From Candidatus Methylomirabilota bacterium (GTDB lineage: Bacteria; Methylomirabilota; Methylomirabilia; Rokubacteriales; CSP1-6), in the NCBI GenBank assembly GCA_046726415.1, contig JBKPAK010000071.1, positions 1-10,257 on the forward strand: a stretch of 10,257 bases of DNA, written 5' to 3'. Positions 1 through 7,927 of the stretch are shown piece by piece; within the stretch, counting starts at the first letter, position 1, and the number at the start of each line of letters is the position of its first letter. Position numbers and translations under genes: made by a program. The notes under the pieces are model-generated. The model was not told the origin of the DNA. It made no database searches and saw only the letters and a program-made list of their open reading frames with translations.

Positions 1-144
1 ACGGGCCTGACCAGCATCGCGGTGGCCGCGCTGTTCCTGCTGGCCCCCTTCTTCAGCCCGATCATCGCAATGGTCGGGAGCTATCCGCCAATTACCGCGC
101 CCGCGCTCGTCATCGTCGGCGCGATGATGGCCCAGAACGTCAGG
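1..144 (+). pseudogene. NCS2 (AzgA/PbuG-like purine) permease fragment; enters from the left edge and is truncated at ~142-144
   Basis: Plus frame 1 reads TGLTSIAVAALFLLAPFFSPIIAMVGSYPPITAPALVIVGAMMAQNVR. This matches the (GR)TGLT...LFL...FFSP...TAPAL.IVG.MM segment of AzgA-type NCS2 permeases. The expected continuation (I.W.D..E.IPAF plus the last TM helices) is missing, and the frame runs into iorB antisense sequence instead. Confidence 0.8.
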
Positions 145-1014
145 GGGCCCTGGGCTGGCCTCGATTTCCACCACGCGCACCACGCCCGGGACTTTGAGGG
201 CCTCCGCGGCGTCATAGCTGCCGAGCTTGCCGCCGTACACCGGAGGACGGGCCACCACCGCGTAGAGCATGCCGTGAAGCCGCGTGTCGATGCCGTACTG
301 GGCCTTGCCGGTGACGATGTCGCGGCCGTCGACCAGCTTCAATTCACCCTTGCCGATGTAGCGGAACTGCGCCGGCGTCTTGAGGCGCAGCGTGTCCCGC
401 TGAGGGACGGGTTGATTGGCCGCGGCCTTGGCCAGCGACCCGTATCCGAGGCGCCGGCCGGTCCGGTGATGCACGACCTCGTGGTTCTTCGCCTCGACTT
501 CGGCCACGGGCACCTTCCAGCGCGCCGCGGCGGCGGCCTCGAGCATGGTGCGCGCGGCCGCCCCGCAGCGGCGCATCGGGTCAAAGAAATGCCGGGTGCT
601 GCGCGAGCCGTCGGTGTCCTGATTGCCGAAGCGCTGCTCGTCACCGGTCGCCTGCACGACCCTCACGCGCTTCCAGTCGGCCTCCAGCTCGTCGGCGACG
701 ATCATCGGCATGCCGGTCCGCACGCCCTGCCCCATCTCGGCCCGGTGGCACACGATCGTGACGGTGCCGTCCTCGGCGATGGCCACGAACACCAGCGGGT
801 CGTCGACCCAACCATGCGCCATGCCGTCGGCGCCGTACTTCTTGGGGGGATCCTGGGCGCCCAGGTCGGACCGAAGTCCGGCGGCGATGACAAGCCCGCC
901 GAGCGCAGTAGCTCCCTGAAGAAAGCGCCGCCGGCTCACGTTGGCCAGCACCAGCCCTCGCGCGAGCGGGGCATCTCCCACCGTCGGTGGCCTCAGATCG
1001 CGCGGCGCGTTCAT
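142..1014 (-). pseudogene. iorB: Xanthine dehydrogenase-family molybdopterin-binding subunit (isoquinoline 1-oxidoreductase beta-like); only the N-terminal ~291 aa are present
   Basis: Translated by hand from ATG 1014, which overlaps the iorA stop (ATGA): [10 protein letters not shown]...NVSRRRFLQGATALGGLVIAAG...KYGADGMAHGWVDDPLVFVAIAEDGTVTIVCHRAEMGQGVRTGMPMIVADELEADWKRVRV...GNQDTDGSRS...LKTPAQFRYIGK...DIVTGKAQYGIDTRLHGMLYAVVARPPVYGGK...ALKVPGVVRVVEIEASPGPP. It has a twin-arginine motif and the EMGQG and ADEL..DW motifs. Family similarity ends at ~142. The frame stays open to base 1, which is why the ORF track misses it. Confidence 0.88.
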
Positions 1015-1478
1015 GCTGCGCCTCCCTGGCGGCTCGCCGCCCGCTTGATGGCGGTCCGAATGCGCATGTACGTGCCACAGCGGCAGATATTGCCGCTCAG
1101 GGCGTCGTCGATATCGGCATCGGTGGGCTTTGGATTGCGCTTGAGCAGCGCCGTCGCCGACATGATCTGCCCGGACTGACAGTAGCCGCACTGCGGCACG
1201 CCCATCTCGACCCACGCCGCCTGCAGCGCATGGCCGACCTTGTCCGCGCCGATTCCCTCGATGGTGGTGACCTTCTTGGTCGCCACCGCGGAAATCGGCG
1301 TCAGACAGGAGCGCACCGGCTGGCCGTCGACATGCACGGTACAGGCGCCACACAGCGCCATGCCACAGCCGAACTTGGTCCCCGTGAGCCCCAGCTGGTC
1401 GCGCAGCGCCCATAAGAGGGGGGTCTCGTCTGGCAGGTCGACATCGTAGCGCTTTCCGTTGATGGTGACGGGGGTCAT
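1011..1478 (-). CDS. iorA: (2Fe-2S)-binding small subunit of a molybdenum hydroxylase (IorA/CoxS family)
   Basis: 155 aa with motifs [48 protein letters not shown] and [20 protein letters not shown] lies upstream, and the gene is coupled to iorB. Confidence 0.95.
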   Translation of the reverse strand: MTPVTINGKRYDVDLPDETPLLWALRDQLGLTGTKFGCGMALCGACTVHVDGQPVRSCLTPISAVATKKVTTIEGIGADKVGHALQAAWVEMGVPQCGYCQSGQIMSATALLKRNPKPTDADIDDALSGNICRCGTYMRIRTAIKRAASRQGGAA

Positions 1479-1546
1479 CGCGAGTCTCCTCCCATCGTCG
1501 AGGTTGCCAGGACGGACTCACGCGCTGAGGGAACGTCCGCCCGACT

Positions 1547-1574
1547 ACTATCTCACCCCGCGCGGCCTGGGCAA
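1547..1574 (-). promoter_or_regulatory. Possible weak sigma70 promoter for iorAB
   Basis: The minus strand reads TTGCCC-16 nt-GATAGT with TGn immediately before the -10, in the 120-bp gap upstream of iorA. This is an imperfect match found by eye. Confidence 0.25.
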
Positions 1575-1598
1575 GGCCTCGAGAGAATGGCGCCTTCC

Positions 1599-2432
1599 CT
1601 AACCCTTCACGCCGCCGGCGCCCCAGCCCTGGATGAGGTAGCGCTGGACGGCCACGAAGAAGGCCACGGTGGGCGCCGTGATCATGACGCCGGCCGCCAT
1701 GATCATGCCCCAGTCCACGATGGTGGCGTTGAAGAGGTCATTGACCCCGACGGGCAAGGTCTTCAGCTCCTCCGAAGTGATCAGCACCAGCGCGAAAAGA
1801 AAGTCGTTCCAGGCCAGGATGAACGTGAAGATGCCGGCGGCGATGAGGCCGGGCAGGGCCAACGGCAGCACCACGTACCAGACGGCCTTGCCGCGGTGGG
1901 CGCCGTCCACGAGCGCGGCCTCCTCCAGCTCGAGCGGGATGCTCTGAAAGAAGGCGCGGAGAAGCCAGAGGCAAAAGGGCAAACAGAACGTCGTGTAGGA
2001 GAGGACGAGGGCCAGGTGCGTGTTGGCGATGCCGAGCTGTTTCACTAGGATGTAGAAGGGGATGATGATCATGATCGGCGCGAACATGTAGGTGAGCAGA
2101 ATGAGCCCGGCGATCTTCTCGCGGCCGGCGAACGAGTAGCGCGTCAGCGCATAGGAGCCCAGGGCCGACACGGTCAAGGTCAACAGCACTGTGGTCAGCG
2201 ACACGGCCAGGCTGTTCTGGAAGAAAAGGAGGAAGTTCGTTTCCGCCATCAGCCGCGTGAAGTTCGTGGCCGTGGGACGCGCGGGGACGAGCGTCGGCGG
2301 GGTGGCGAAGATCTCTCCGGAGGGTTTCAGCGCCGTGGAGAGCATCCACAGGAGCGGGAAGGCGCCCACCAGCAGCAACAAGGCGCCCGCGGCGTACAGC
2401 CCGATGACCCGACCGACGACCGGGCCTCTCAC
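1599..2432 (-). CDS. Carbohydrate ABC transporter permease (CUT1, MalG/UgpE-like)
   Basis: 277 aa hydrophobic protein with FPLLWMLSTALK, EAA loop IP.ELEEAALVDGA, PGLIAAGIFTFILAWNDFLFAL and C-terminal QRYLIQGWGAGGVKG. Confidence 0.95.
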   Translation of the reverse strand: MRGPVVGRVIGLYAAGALLLLVGAFPLLWMLSTALKPSGEIFATPPTLVPARPTATNFTRLMAETNFLLFFQNSLAVSLTTVLLTLTVSALGSYALTRYSFAGREKIAGLILLTYMFAPIMIIIPFYILVKQLGIANTHLALVLSYTTFCLPFCLWLLRAFFQSIPLELEEAALVDGAHRGKAVWYVVLPLALPGLIAAGIFTFILAWNDFLFALVLITSEELKTLPVGVNDLFNATIVDWGMIMAAGVMITAPTVAFFVAVQRYLIQGWGAGGVKG

Positions 2433-2451
2433 GGCGACCCTTCCCCGCCTC

Positions 2452-3327
2452 TCACGACCGCAACTCTTCGTCGCGGAAGACCCGGAAGTACGCGGCGGTA
2501 GCGGCCAGGAGCATGCCGAACATCACAACCGCTAGGGCCGCCCCCATGCCGGCCTGCAGGTAAGTGAAGCTTCGCGCGTAGGCGTAGACGGGCAAGGTGC
2601 GGATGTAGCGGCTCACCGCGCCGTCGCCCGCCATGAGCCAGACCGTGTCGAACTTGGTGAACATCCAGATGCTGCGGAGCAGGATGATCACGAAGAGCAC
2701 CGTGCGCGTGGCCGGCAAGGTGACGTGCAGGAAGCGCCGCCACGCGGTGGCTCCGTCCACGCGCGCCGCCTCGTACAGCTCGGGAGGAATGGTCTGCAGC
2801 CGCGCCAGGTAGGTCACCACCACGAACGGGAAGAACTGCCAGACGCTGGTGATGATCAAAGACGACATGATGTAGTCCTTGCCCAGCCAGGCCACCGGGG
2901 CGTGGACGAGGCCGACCACCAGCAGCAGGTGATTCACGAGACCGAAGGAATCGTTGAGGAGCCACTTCCAGAGGATTACCGCCACGATGGTGGGAATGAG
3001 GTACGGGAAGAGCACCACCCCGCGCAGCAGATTGCGCCCGCGGAAGGCCTCGTTGAGGAGCAGCGCCGCGGCCACCCCGAGAACGAGCTGCAACGCCATG
3101 GTCACCGCAGCGTAGATGACACCGTAGTAGAAGCTCGACCAGAACTCCGGATCGGTGGCGAAGTAGCGGTAGTGCCGGAGCCCCACGAACGCCTGCACGG
3201 GCATGAAGGCGTGCTTGTCGAAAAGGCTCAGCCAGAGGTTGTAGAGGATCGGGTAGAGGATCAGGCCCCCGATCAGCAGCAGCGAGGGGGCCAGGAGGAG
3301 CCACCCGGCGAGGGCGTTCTTCCTCAC
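2452..3327 (-). CDS. Carbohydrate ABC transporter permease (CUT1, MalF/UgpA-like)
   Basis: 291 aa, GTG start, with LLAPSLLL...YPILY.LWLS, FVGL.HY, EAA loop LQTIPPELYEAARVDGA..WRRF.HVTLP and FTKFD.VWLM. Confidence 0.95.
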   Translation of the reverse strand: MRKNALAGWLLLAPSLLLIGGLILYPILYNLWLSLFDKHAFMPVQAFVGLRHYRYFATDPEFWSSFYYGVIYAAVTMALQLVLGVAAALLLNEAFRGRNLLRGVVLFPYLIPTIVAVILWKWLLNDSFGLVNHLLLVVGLVHAPVAWLGKDYIMSSLIITSVWQFFPFVVVTYLARLQTIPPELYEAARVDGATAWRRFLHVTLPATRTVLFVIILLRSIWMFTKFDTVWLMAGDGAVSRYIRTLPVYAYARSFTYLQAGMGAALAVVMFGMLLAATAAYFRVFRDEELRS

Positions 3328-3349
3328 TGGCCTCGCTCCGGCGCGCGGT

Positions 3350-4729
3350 CTACGACCAGCGCTTGAAGTTCAGCTGGGTCAGGAGCTCCTCGGCGCGCTT
3401 CTGCGCGCGGTCGGCCTCCGCCTTCGGGTTCTTGCCGCCCACCATCACCTCTACCACCATGTCTGCCACGATCCCTGAGCCGTCCAGCTCGGCCAGGAAG
3501 GGCAGCGCGTTGTCCTCGGGGCGGCTGAAGCCGATGGGCAGGAAGCGTTTGTCGCGCAGCCCCGTCACCATCACGTCGTGCCACGGTCGCCATTTCTTGA
3601 TGCGCTCGTTGGCCAGGTAGGCGGGGTCGCTGATCATCGACTTGAAGATCGGCGTCAGATGGATGGGCACGGAGTGGCAATAGGCGAGGTAATAGTCCTT
3701 CCGGTAGAAGAGGCGCAGGAACTCGAGGGCCTCATTCGGGTACTTCGACTGGGTGAACACCGCCCAGTTCTCGCCGTCCATCGCGGAAATCCCCCGCTGG
3801 CCCGAGGGGCCACGCGGGCGCAGCATGGGCGCGAAGTGCTCGGGGTCGCGCATGCCCTCCGGCGCGTACTTCTCGATGTAGCCGATGGTCCGCGCGCCGC
3901 TCAGATGGGCCATGGCGATCTTGCCGTTGGCGAGGGCGGCCAAGGTGTCGAGGTACTTCTGGCCGGACCAGCCGGCCGGCATGAACTTGTTCAGCTTCTG
4001 GGCGTACTCCAGCGACTCGACCATGGACTTGCTATTGAGCTGGGGCCGCCAGCTCATGGCATCCACCCAGGCGCCACCGTTGCCGGCCAGCCACTCCGCC
4101 GGGTGCACGAAGCCCATGTAGAGTTTCTCGCCCGGCATCTGGACGGCGAAGCGCCCGCTCTCCGTCAGGGCCTCGGCCAGCTTGAGCATGTCGGCGTAGG
4201 TCTCGGGCGGCTTGATGCCCTTCTTCTCGCGCAGGTCGCGGCGCTCGGCGAAGTACGTCGCCCCCAGGGCATGGGTGACGCCGTAGTACTTCCCGTCGAA
4301 GTACTGCAGCTTGAGCGTCGCCTCCTGGATGTCGCTCTCGCCGAGAGCCCGGACCAGTTCGTCCATCGGCCGCAGCAACCCCTTGCTGTAGAGCGACGCC
4401 GTCATGAACGGATTGAGATGCGTGAGATCGGGAGGACTGCCGGCGGCGAGCGAGGCAAGCAGCTTCGTGTTGAGGTCGCCCCAGCCCAGCGCCTGCTGCT
4501 TGACCTTGAAGCCGGAGAACTTCTTCTCGAACTCTGCGATGGAGGTGTCCTGGATCACCTTGACCGTCTGCGGCTCGACCTCCGTGTGCCAGACCTGGAG
4601 TTCCCGCACCTGCTGGCCGAGCGCCGCCGGCGCCCGGCCGAGCATGGCTGCGGTGGCGCCGGCCGCGGTCCCGGCAAGGAAGGTGCGACGCGAGACAGGG
4701 TGTGGACTGTGCGAGGGCTTCATTGCCAT
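3350..4729 (-). CDS. Carbohydrate-type ABC transporter solute-binding protein (SBP family 1) with twin-arginine signal peptide
   Basis: 459 aa. The N-terminal SRRTFLAG is followed by an Ala-rich h-region. Family-1 SBP motifs include KLLASLAAGSPPDL, DGKYYGV and PPETYADML. The RBS GGAGGAGG is at 4732-4739, with an alternative ATG at 4723. It precedes two CUT1 permeases. Confidence 0.93.
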   Translation of the reverse strand: MAMKPSHSPHPVSRRTFLAGTAAGATAAMLGRAPAALGQQVRELQVWHTEVEPQTVKVIQDTSIAEFEKKFSGFKVKQQALGWGDLNTKLLASLAAGSPPDLTHLNPFMTASLYSKGLLRPMDELVRALGESDIQEATLKLQYFDGKYYGVTHALGATYFAERRDLREKKGIKPPETYADMLKLAEALTESGRFAVQMPGEKLYMGFVHPAEWLAGNGGAWVDAMSWRPQLNSKSMVESLEYAQKLNKFMPAGWSGQKYLDTLAALANGKIAMAHLSGARTIGYIEKYAPEGMRDPEHFAPMLRPRGPSGQRGISAMDGENWAVFTQSKYPNEALEFLRLFYRKDYYLAYCHSVPIHLTPIFKSMISDPAYLANERIKKWRPWHDVMVTGLRDKRFLPIGFSRPEDNALPFLAELDGSGIVADMVVEVMVGGKNPKAEADRAQKRAEELLTQLNFKRWS

Positions 4730-4794
4730 GGCCTCCTCCGTGATCGTCGCGGCGGCGTCCGGTGAAGCGGGGTCGGTCCATGCGGACGGGCGAA

Positions 4795-4823
4795 AGTCTA
4801 GGCGCAGGCCTGGCGAGTGTCAA
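4795..4823 (-). promoter_or_regulatory. Sigma70-type promoter of the sugar ABC cluster
   Basis: The minus strand reads TTGACA (4823-4818), a 17-nt spacer, then TAGACT (4800-4795), about 65 nt upstream of the SBP start. Confidence 0.75.
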
Positions 4824-4918
4824 CGCGAGCGCAAGACGATGACGTCGGCCAGTTGAAAGTCGCGGATCGTCGAGAAGTGCCGCGGGCGCTGGCTCTCGAC
4901 GCGCGATCCCCGCCTCAT
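4820..4918 (-). pseudogene. 32-codon remnant resembling the N-terminus of a PssA-like CDP-alcohol phosphatidyltransferase
   Basis: ATG 4918 to TGA 4820 encodes MRRGSRVESQRPRHFSTIRDFQLADVIVLRSR*. The segment RHFSTIRDFQLADVI resembles the RHFSM(I/L)R.F.LAD..TL.N N-terminus that I recall from one PssA-like subfamily. The match is short and unverified. Confidence 0.55.
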
Positions 4919-5011
4919 GCCGAGGTTACCGGCCATTCTGCGACCGCTAGGTTGAGGCCGCGCCCGAGCCAACCGCCTGTCAATTGGCGACGCGCTCCGG
5001 CCGCCGTGCCC

Positions 5012-6280
5012 TCAGCGCGTGCTCCACGCCGGGATCGGCCACACGGGCCTCGCCGTCGCCGCCTCAGGCGGGAACACGATCTTCGGCTGGCGATCGAGAA
5101 TCTGGGCGACCATCGCCTTGGCCAGCACGTTGTCGTGCTTGTCGTCGAATTTCACCCCGTGGACGAGCAGCACCTGATCGGCCTTGAGATCCGTGTTCAC
5201 CATCGCTTTCTGGATCGTCGGGGGGTCCGCCGAACGGGCGCGGTTGACGGCATCCGCGATCACCTGGACGTTGGTGAAATAGCGGACGGAGTTGTCGTTC
5301 ATGTCCCGCCCGTTGCGCCGCTTGAACTCGTCGTTGATGGCCTTGAGGATCGGCTTGGTCGACGAGAGGGCCGGGCTCCAGAGCTGCCGCTTGGAGCCAT
5401 AGTTGGCATCGTCACCCATCGCCTCGTAGAACTTCGGATCGTCGTCGAACCCGCCCTGGCTGAAGATCAGGGCTGGAGTGTAGTCGAGCTTGCGCATGGT
5501 CCGCCTGATGATGATGCCGTCCGAGGTGTACGACGTCTGCACGAGCACGTCGATGCCGGCGGCTTTCAGCTTCAGGATCTCGCTGTCCATGTTCGCCTGC
5601 TCGCGGCTGTAGGGCACGCGCAGCACCACGGGGATCGCCCGCGCCTTGGCCATCTCCTCGATGGCGTTGGCGAAGTTCACCCCCGCCGCGGTGTCCTCGT
5701 GGAGTTGGCCGAGCTTGCTCCACTTCTTGCCGTCCCTGCCGATCCAGTCTAGATACTGGAACAGCACCTCCCCCCCCTGGTGCGCGTTGACGCCTACGCG
5801 GAAGAGGTATTGGAAGCCGCGCTGGGTCAGCTCGGTGGCCGTCGACACGGTCGTGTGCGGGATGCGGTAGCGCTCGATGACCGGCGCAATGGCCACGGTC
5901 ACGCCGCTGTGCCAGGCGCCCATGGTGGCCGACGGCTTGGCGCTGGTGATGAGGCGCTCGGCCTCGGCCCGGCCCACTTCTGGGCTCGCCTGACTATCCG
6001 CGAAGACGAGCTTGAGCTTGGCCCCGCCGAGGGAAGGGATGCCGGTCCAGGTCGCCCCGAGCAGCGCGCTGCCTGCCGCCGCCTTCACGCCACCATTGAT
6101 CATATCGGCGGCGAACTCCGCCCCGAGCTTGCAGTCCTGCCCCGTGCCCGGGGCCGGCCCCGTGAGCGGGATGATCACCCCGACCACGACCTCCTTCGGC
6201 GCCTGGGCGTGGATCGCACCCGCCCCGAGCGCGAGCACGCCGATGACCGCCACCACCATGCTCAGCACACTTCGTCTCAT
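5012..6280 (-). CDS. HAAT-type ABC transporter substrate-binding protein (LivK/LivJ-like, Peripla_BP_6)
   Basis: 422 aa with a Sec-type signal ending IHA-QA, and motifs VGVIIPLTGP...G...GAEFAADMIN, LGGAKLKLVFADSQ..PE.GRAEAERLI, GAWHSGVT and LTQRGFQYLFR. RBS GGAGGA. Confidence 0.92.
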   Translation of the reverse strand: MRRSVLSMVVAVIGVLALGAGAIHAQAPKEVVVGVIIPLTGPAPGTGQDCKLGAEFAADMINGGVKAAAGSALLGATWTGIPSLGGAKLKLVFADSQASPEVGRAEAERLITSAKPSATMGAWHSGVTVAIAPVIERYRIPHTTVSTATELTQRGFQYLFRVGVNAHQGGEVLFQYLDWIGRDGKKWSKLGQLHEDTAAGVNFANAIEEMAKARAIPVVLRVPYSREQANMDSEILKLKAAGIDVLVQTSYTSDGIIIRRTMRKLDYTPALIFSQGGFDDDPKFYEAMGDDANYGSKRQLWSPALSSTKPILKAINDEFKRRNGRDMNDNSVRYFTNVQVIADAVNRARSADPPTIQKAMVNTDLKADQVLLVHGVKFDDKHDNVLAKAMVAQILDRQPKIVFPPEAATARPVWPIPAWSTR

Positions 6281-6338
6281 CGCTTCCTCCCTCGAGCGCT
6301 CGGGCTCCCCGCGTCTTGGAGTTGAGCATCACCGGCCC

Positions 6339-7202
6339 TCACCGGCCCCACAAGCCTTTGGGTCGCATAAATAGCACAGCGAGGAAGACCAGGTAGACCA
6401 GCGCGAGCTTTATCTTGGGCATGGTGAGCGTGCCGCCTGTGACGTTCACGACCCCGATCACCAGGCCGCCGGCGAAGGCGCCATACACGTTGCCGAAGCC
6501 ACCGAGGGCCACCGCGGCGAACCCCGGCAGCAGAAACACGTCGCCCACGAGCGGGTTCACATACATGAAAGACGAGACGAGACTGCCTGCCACACCCGCC
6601 GCCGCCGCGCTGATCCCCCAGGCGATGGCGTAGAGCCGGTCGGGCTCGATCCCGAGGGCGAGCGCCGCCTCGCGGTCCTGTGCAACGGCGCGCAAGGCCT
6701 TGCCCGTCTTGGTCGACTTGAGGAACCAGAAGAGCGCGCTGGTGGCGAGCACGCTGCCCGCGAAGGCCACCAGCTCGCCCGCGCTCACCCGGAGCGGCCC
6801 AAGCTTCACGATGGCGCTGGCAAGCACGCTTTGCGCTTGCCGGTCGTCCGGCCGGAACAGGAGCCACGCCGTATAGCGCAACAACACGAACAACCCGAAG
6901 GTCGACAGGAGTTGGGCAAAGATCGGCCCGCGCAGGACCCGGCGGACCATGAGGCGGTACGTCAGCACGCCGGCCCCGAACAGGATCACGGCATTAATGG
7001 GCAGGCTCAGCAGCGGCTCGAGGCCGGCCGTCGCGTAGAGAAAGAAGGTCAGGTACATCGCCCACATCAGATACTCGCCGTACGCGAAGTTGATGAGATC
7101 CATGACGCCCCAGATCAGGCTGATCCCGACGGCGACAAGCGCGATCACGCCGCCGAACATGAGGCCGCTGACCACCGACTGCAGCACGATCTCGGCGGTC
7201 AT
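6339..7202 (-). CDS. livH: Branched-chain amino acid-type ABC transporter permease (LivH-like)
   Basis: 287 aa with VSGLMFGGVIALVAVGISLIWGVMDLINFAYGE, TKTGKALRAVAQDREAALALGI and ALGGFGNVYGAFAGG. ATGA overlap with the livF stop. Confidence 0.93.
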   Translation of the reverse strand: MTAEIVLQSVVSGLMFGGVIALVAVGISLIWGVMDLINFAYGEYLMWAMYLTFFLYATAGLEPLLSLPINAVILFGAGVLTYRLMVRRVLRGPIFAQLLSTFGLFVLLRYTAWLLFRPDDRQAQSVLASAIVKLGPLRVSAGELVAFAGSVLATSALFWFLKSTKTGKALRAVAQDREAALALGIEPDRLYAIAWGISAAAAGVAGSLVSSFMYVNPLVGDVFLLPGFAAVALGGFGNVYGAFAGGLVIGVVNVTGGTLTMPKIKLALVYLVFLAVLFMRPKGLWGR

Positions 7203-7927
7203 CGTCCGGCCGCCCCCGGGCCGAGATAGGCGCGGCGGACCGCCTCACTCGCCAGCAGCTCCTCGCCCCGGCCTTCCACGCGCGTCTGTCCCTGCTCCAG
7301 CACGTAGGCACGGTCGCTCACTTCGAGGGCACGCCGCGCGTTCTGCTCGACCATGATCACCGTGGAGCCCGCCGCGCGGACTTCCATAATCTTGTCGAAG
7401 ATCAGGTCCATGACGAGCGGCGCCAGGCCCATGGTGGGCTCGTCGAGGAGCAAGAGCTTCGGCCGGAGCATGAGCGCCCGCCCGATCTCCAGCATGCGCC
7501 GCTCCCCGCCACTCAGTCCGTCGGCCAGCTGCTGGCGGCGCTCGGCGAGCCGCGGGAACAGCGCGAGCACGCGGTCGATGTCCGCGCGGACCTGGTCCGT
7601 CGTCTCGCGGGTGTACGCTCCCAGCTCGAGATTTTCCTGGATCGTCAACTTGGGGAAGAGGCTGCTCCGCTGCATGACGTAGGCAATCCCCCGGGCCAGG
7701 AGCGCGGGAGGCCGGAGGGCGCCGATCTCTTCGCCGTCGAGCCGGATCGACCCCTGGTGCGGGGGCAGGAAGCCCGCGATAGTCTTGAGCAAGGTGGACT
7801 TGCCCGCTCCGTTCGGGCCGAGGACAGCAACCAGCTCACCGGAGGTCACGCGCAGCGACACCCCGCGCAGCACGTCAAACTTCCCGTACGTCGCATGCAC
7901 GTCATCGACGAGGAGGAGCGGCGTCAC
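7199..7927 (-). CDS. livF: Branched-chain amino acid-type ABC transporter ATP-binding protein (LivF-like)
   Basis: 242 aa with Walker A GPNGAGKS, signature LSGGER, Walker B LLLDEP.MGLAP, VEQNA and C-terminal VRRAYLG. GTGA overlap with the livG stop. Confidence 0.95.
   Translation of the reverse strand: MTPLLLVDDVHATYGKFDVLRGVSLRVTSGELVAVLGPNGAGKSTLLKTIAGFLPPHQGSIRLDGEEIGALRPPALLARGIAYVMQRSSLFPKLTIQENLELGAYTRETTDQVRADIDRVLALFPRLAERRQQLADGLSGGERRMLEIGRALMLRPKLLLLDEPTMGLAPLVMDLIFDKIMEVRAAGSTVIMVEQNARRALEVSDRAYVLEQGQTRVEGRGEELLASEAVRRAYLGPGAAGR

Noticed and set aside
22..1179. 385-aa plus-strand ORF treated as one real gene
   Set aside because: Only about the first 41 residues are NCS2-like. 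The rest is the antisense shadow of iorB/iorA.
4978..4983. Second minus-strand TTGACA as a promoter
   Set aside because: There is no -10-like hexamer at 16-18 nt (the 17-nt position reads CGGCCT).
3578..5752. Long plus-strand ORFs 3578-4765 and 4817-5752, and similar alternative-frame ORFs elsewhere
   Set aside because: They are antisense or off-frame shadows of well-supported genes in high-GC DNA, are Arg/Gly/His/Pro-rich and have no family motifs.
6293..6302. Palindrome CGAGCGCTCG between livH and the SBP gene
   Set aside because: It is short and GC-rich with no U-tract, as expected by chance.
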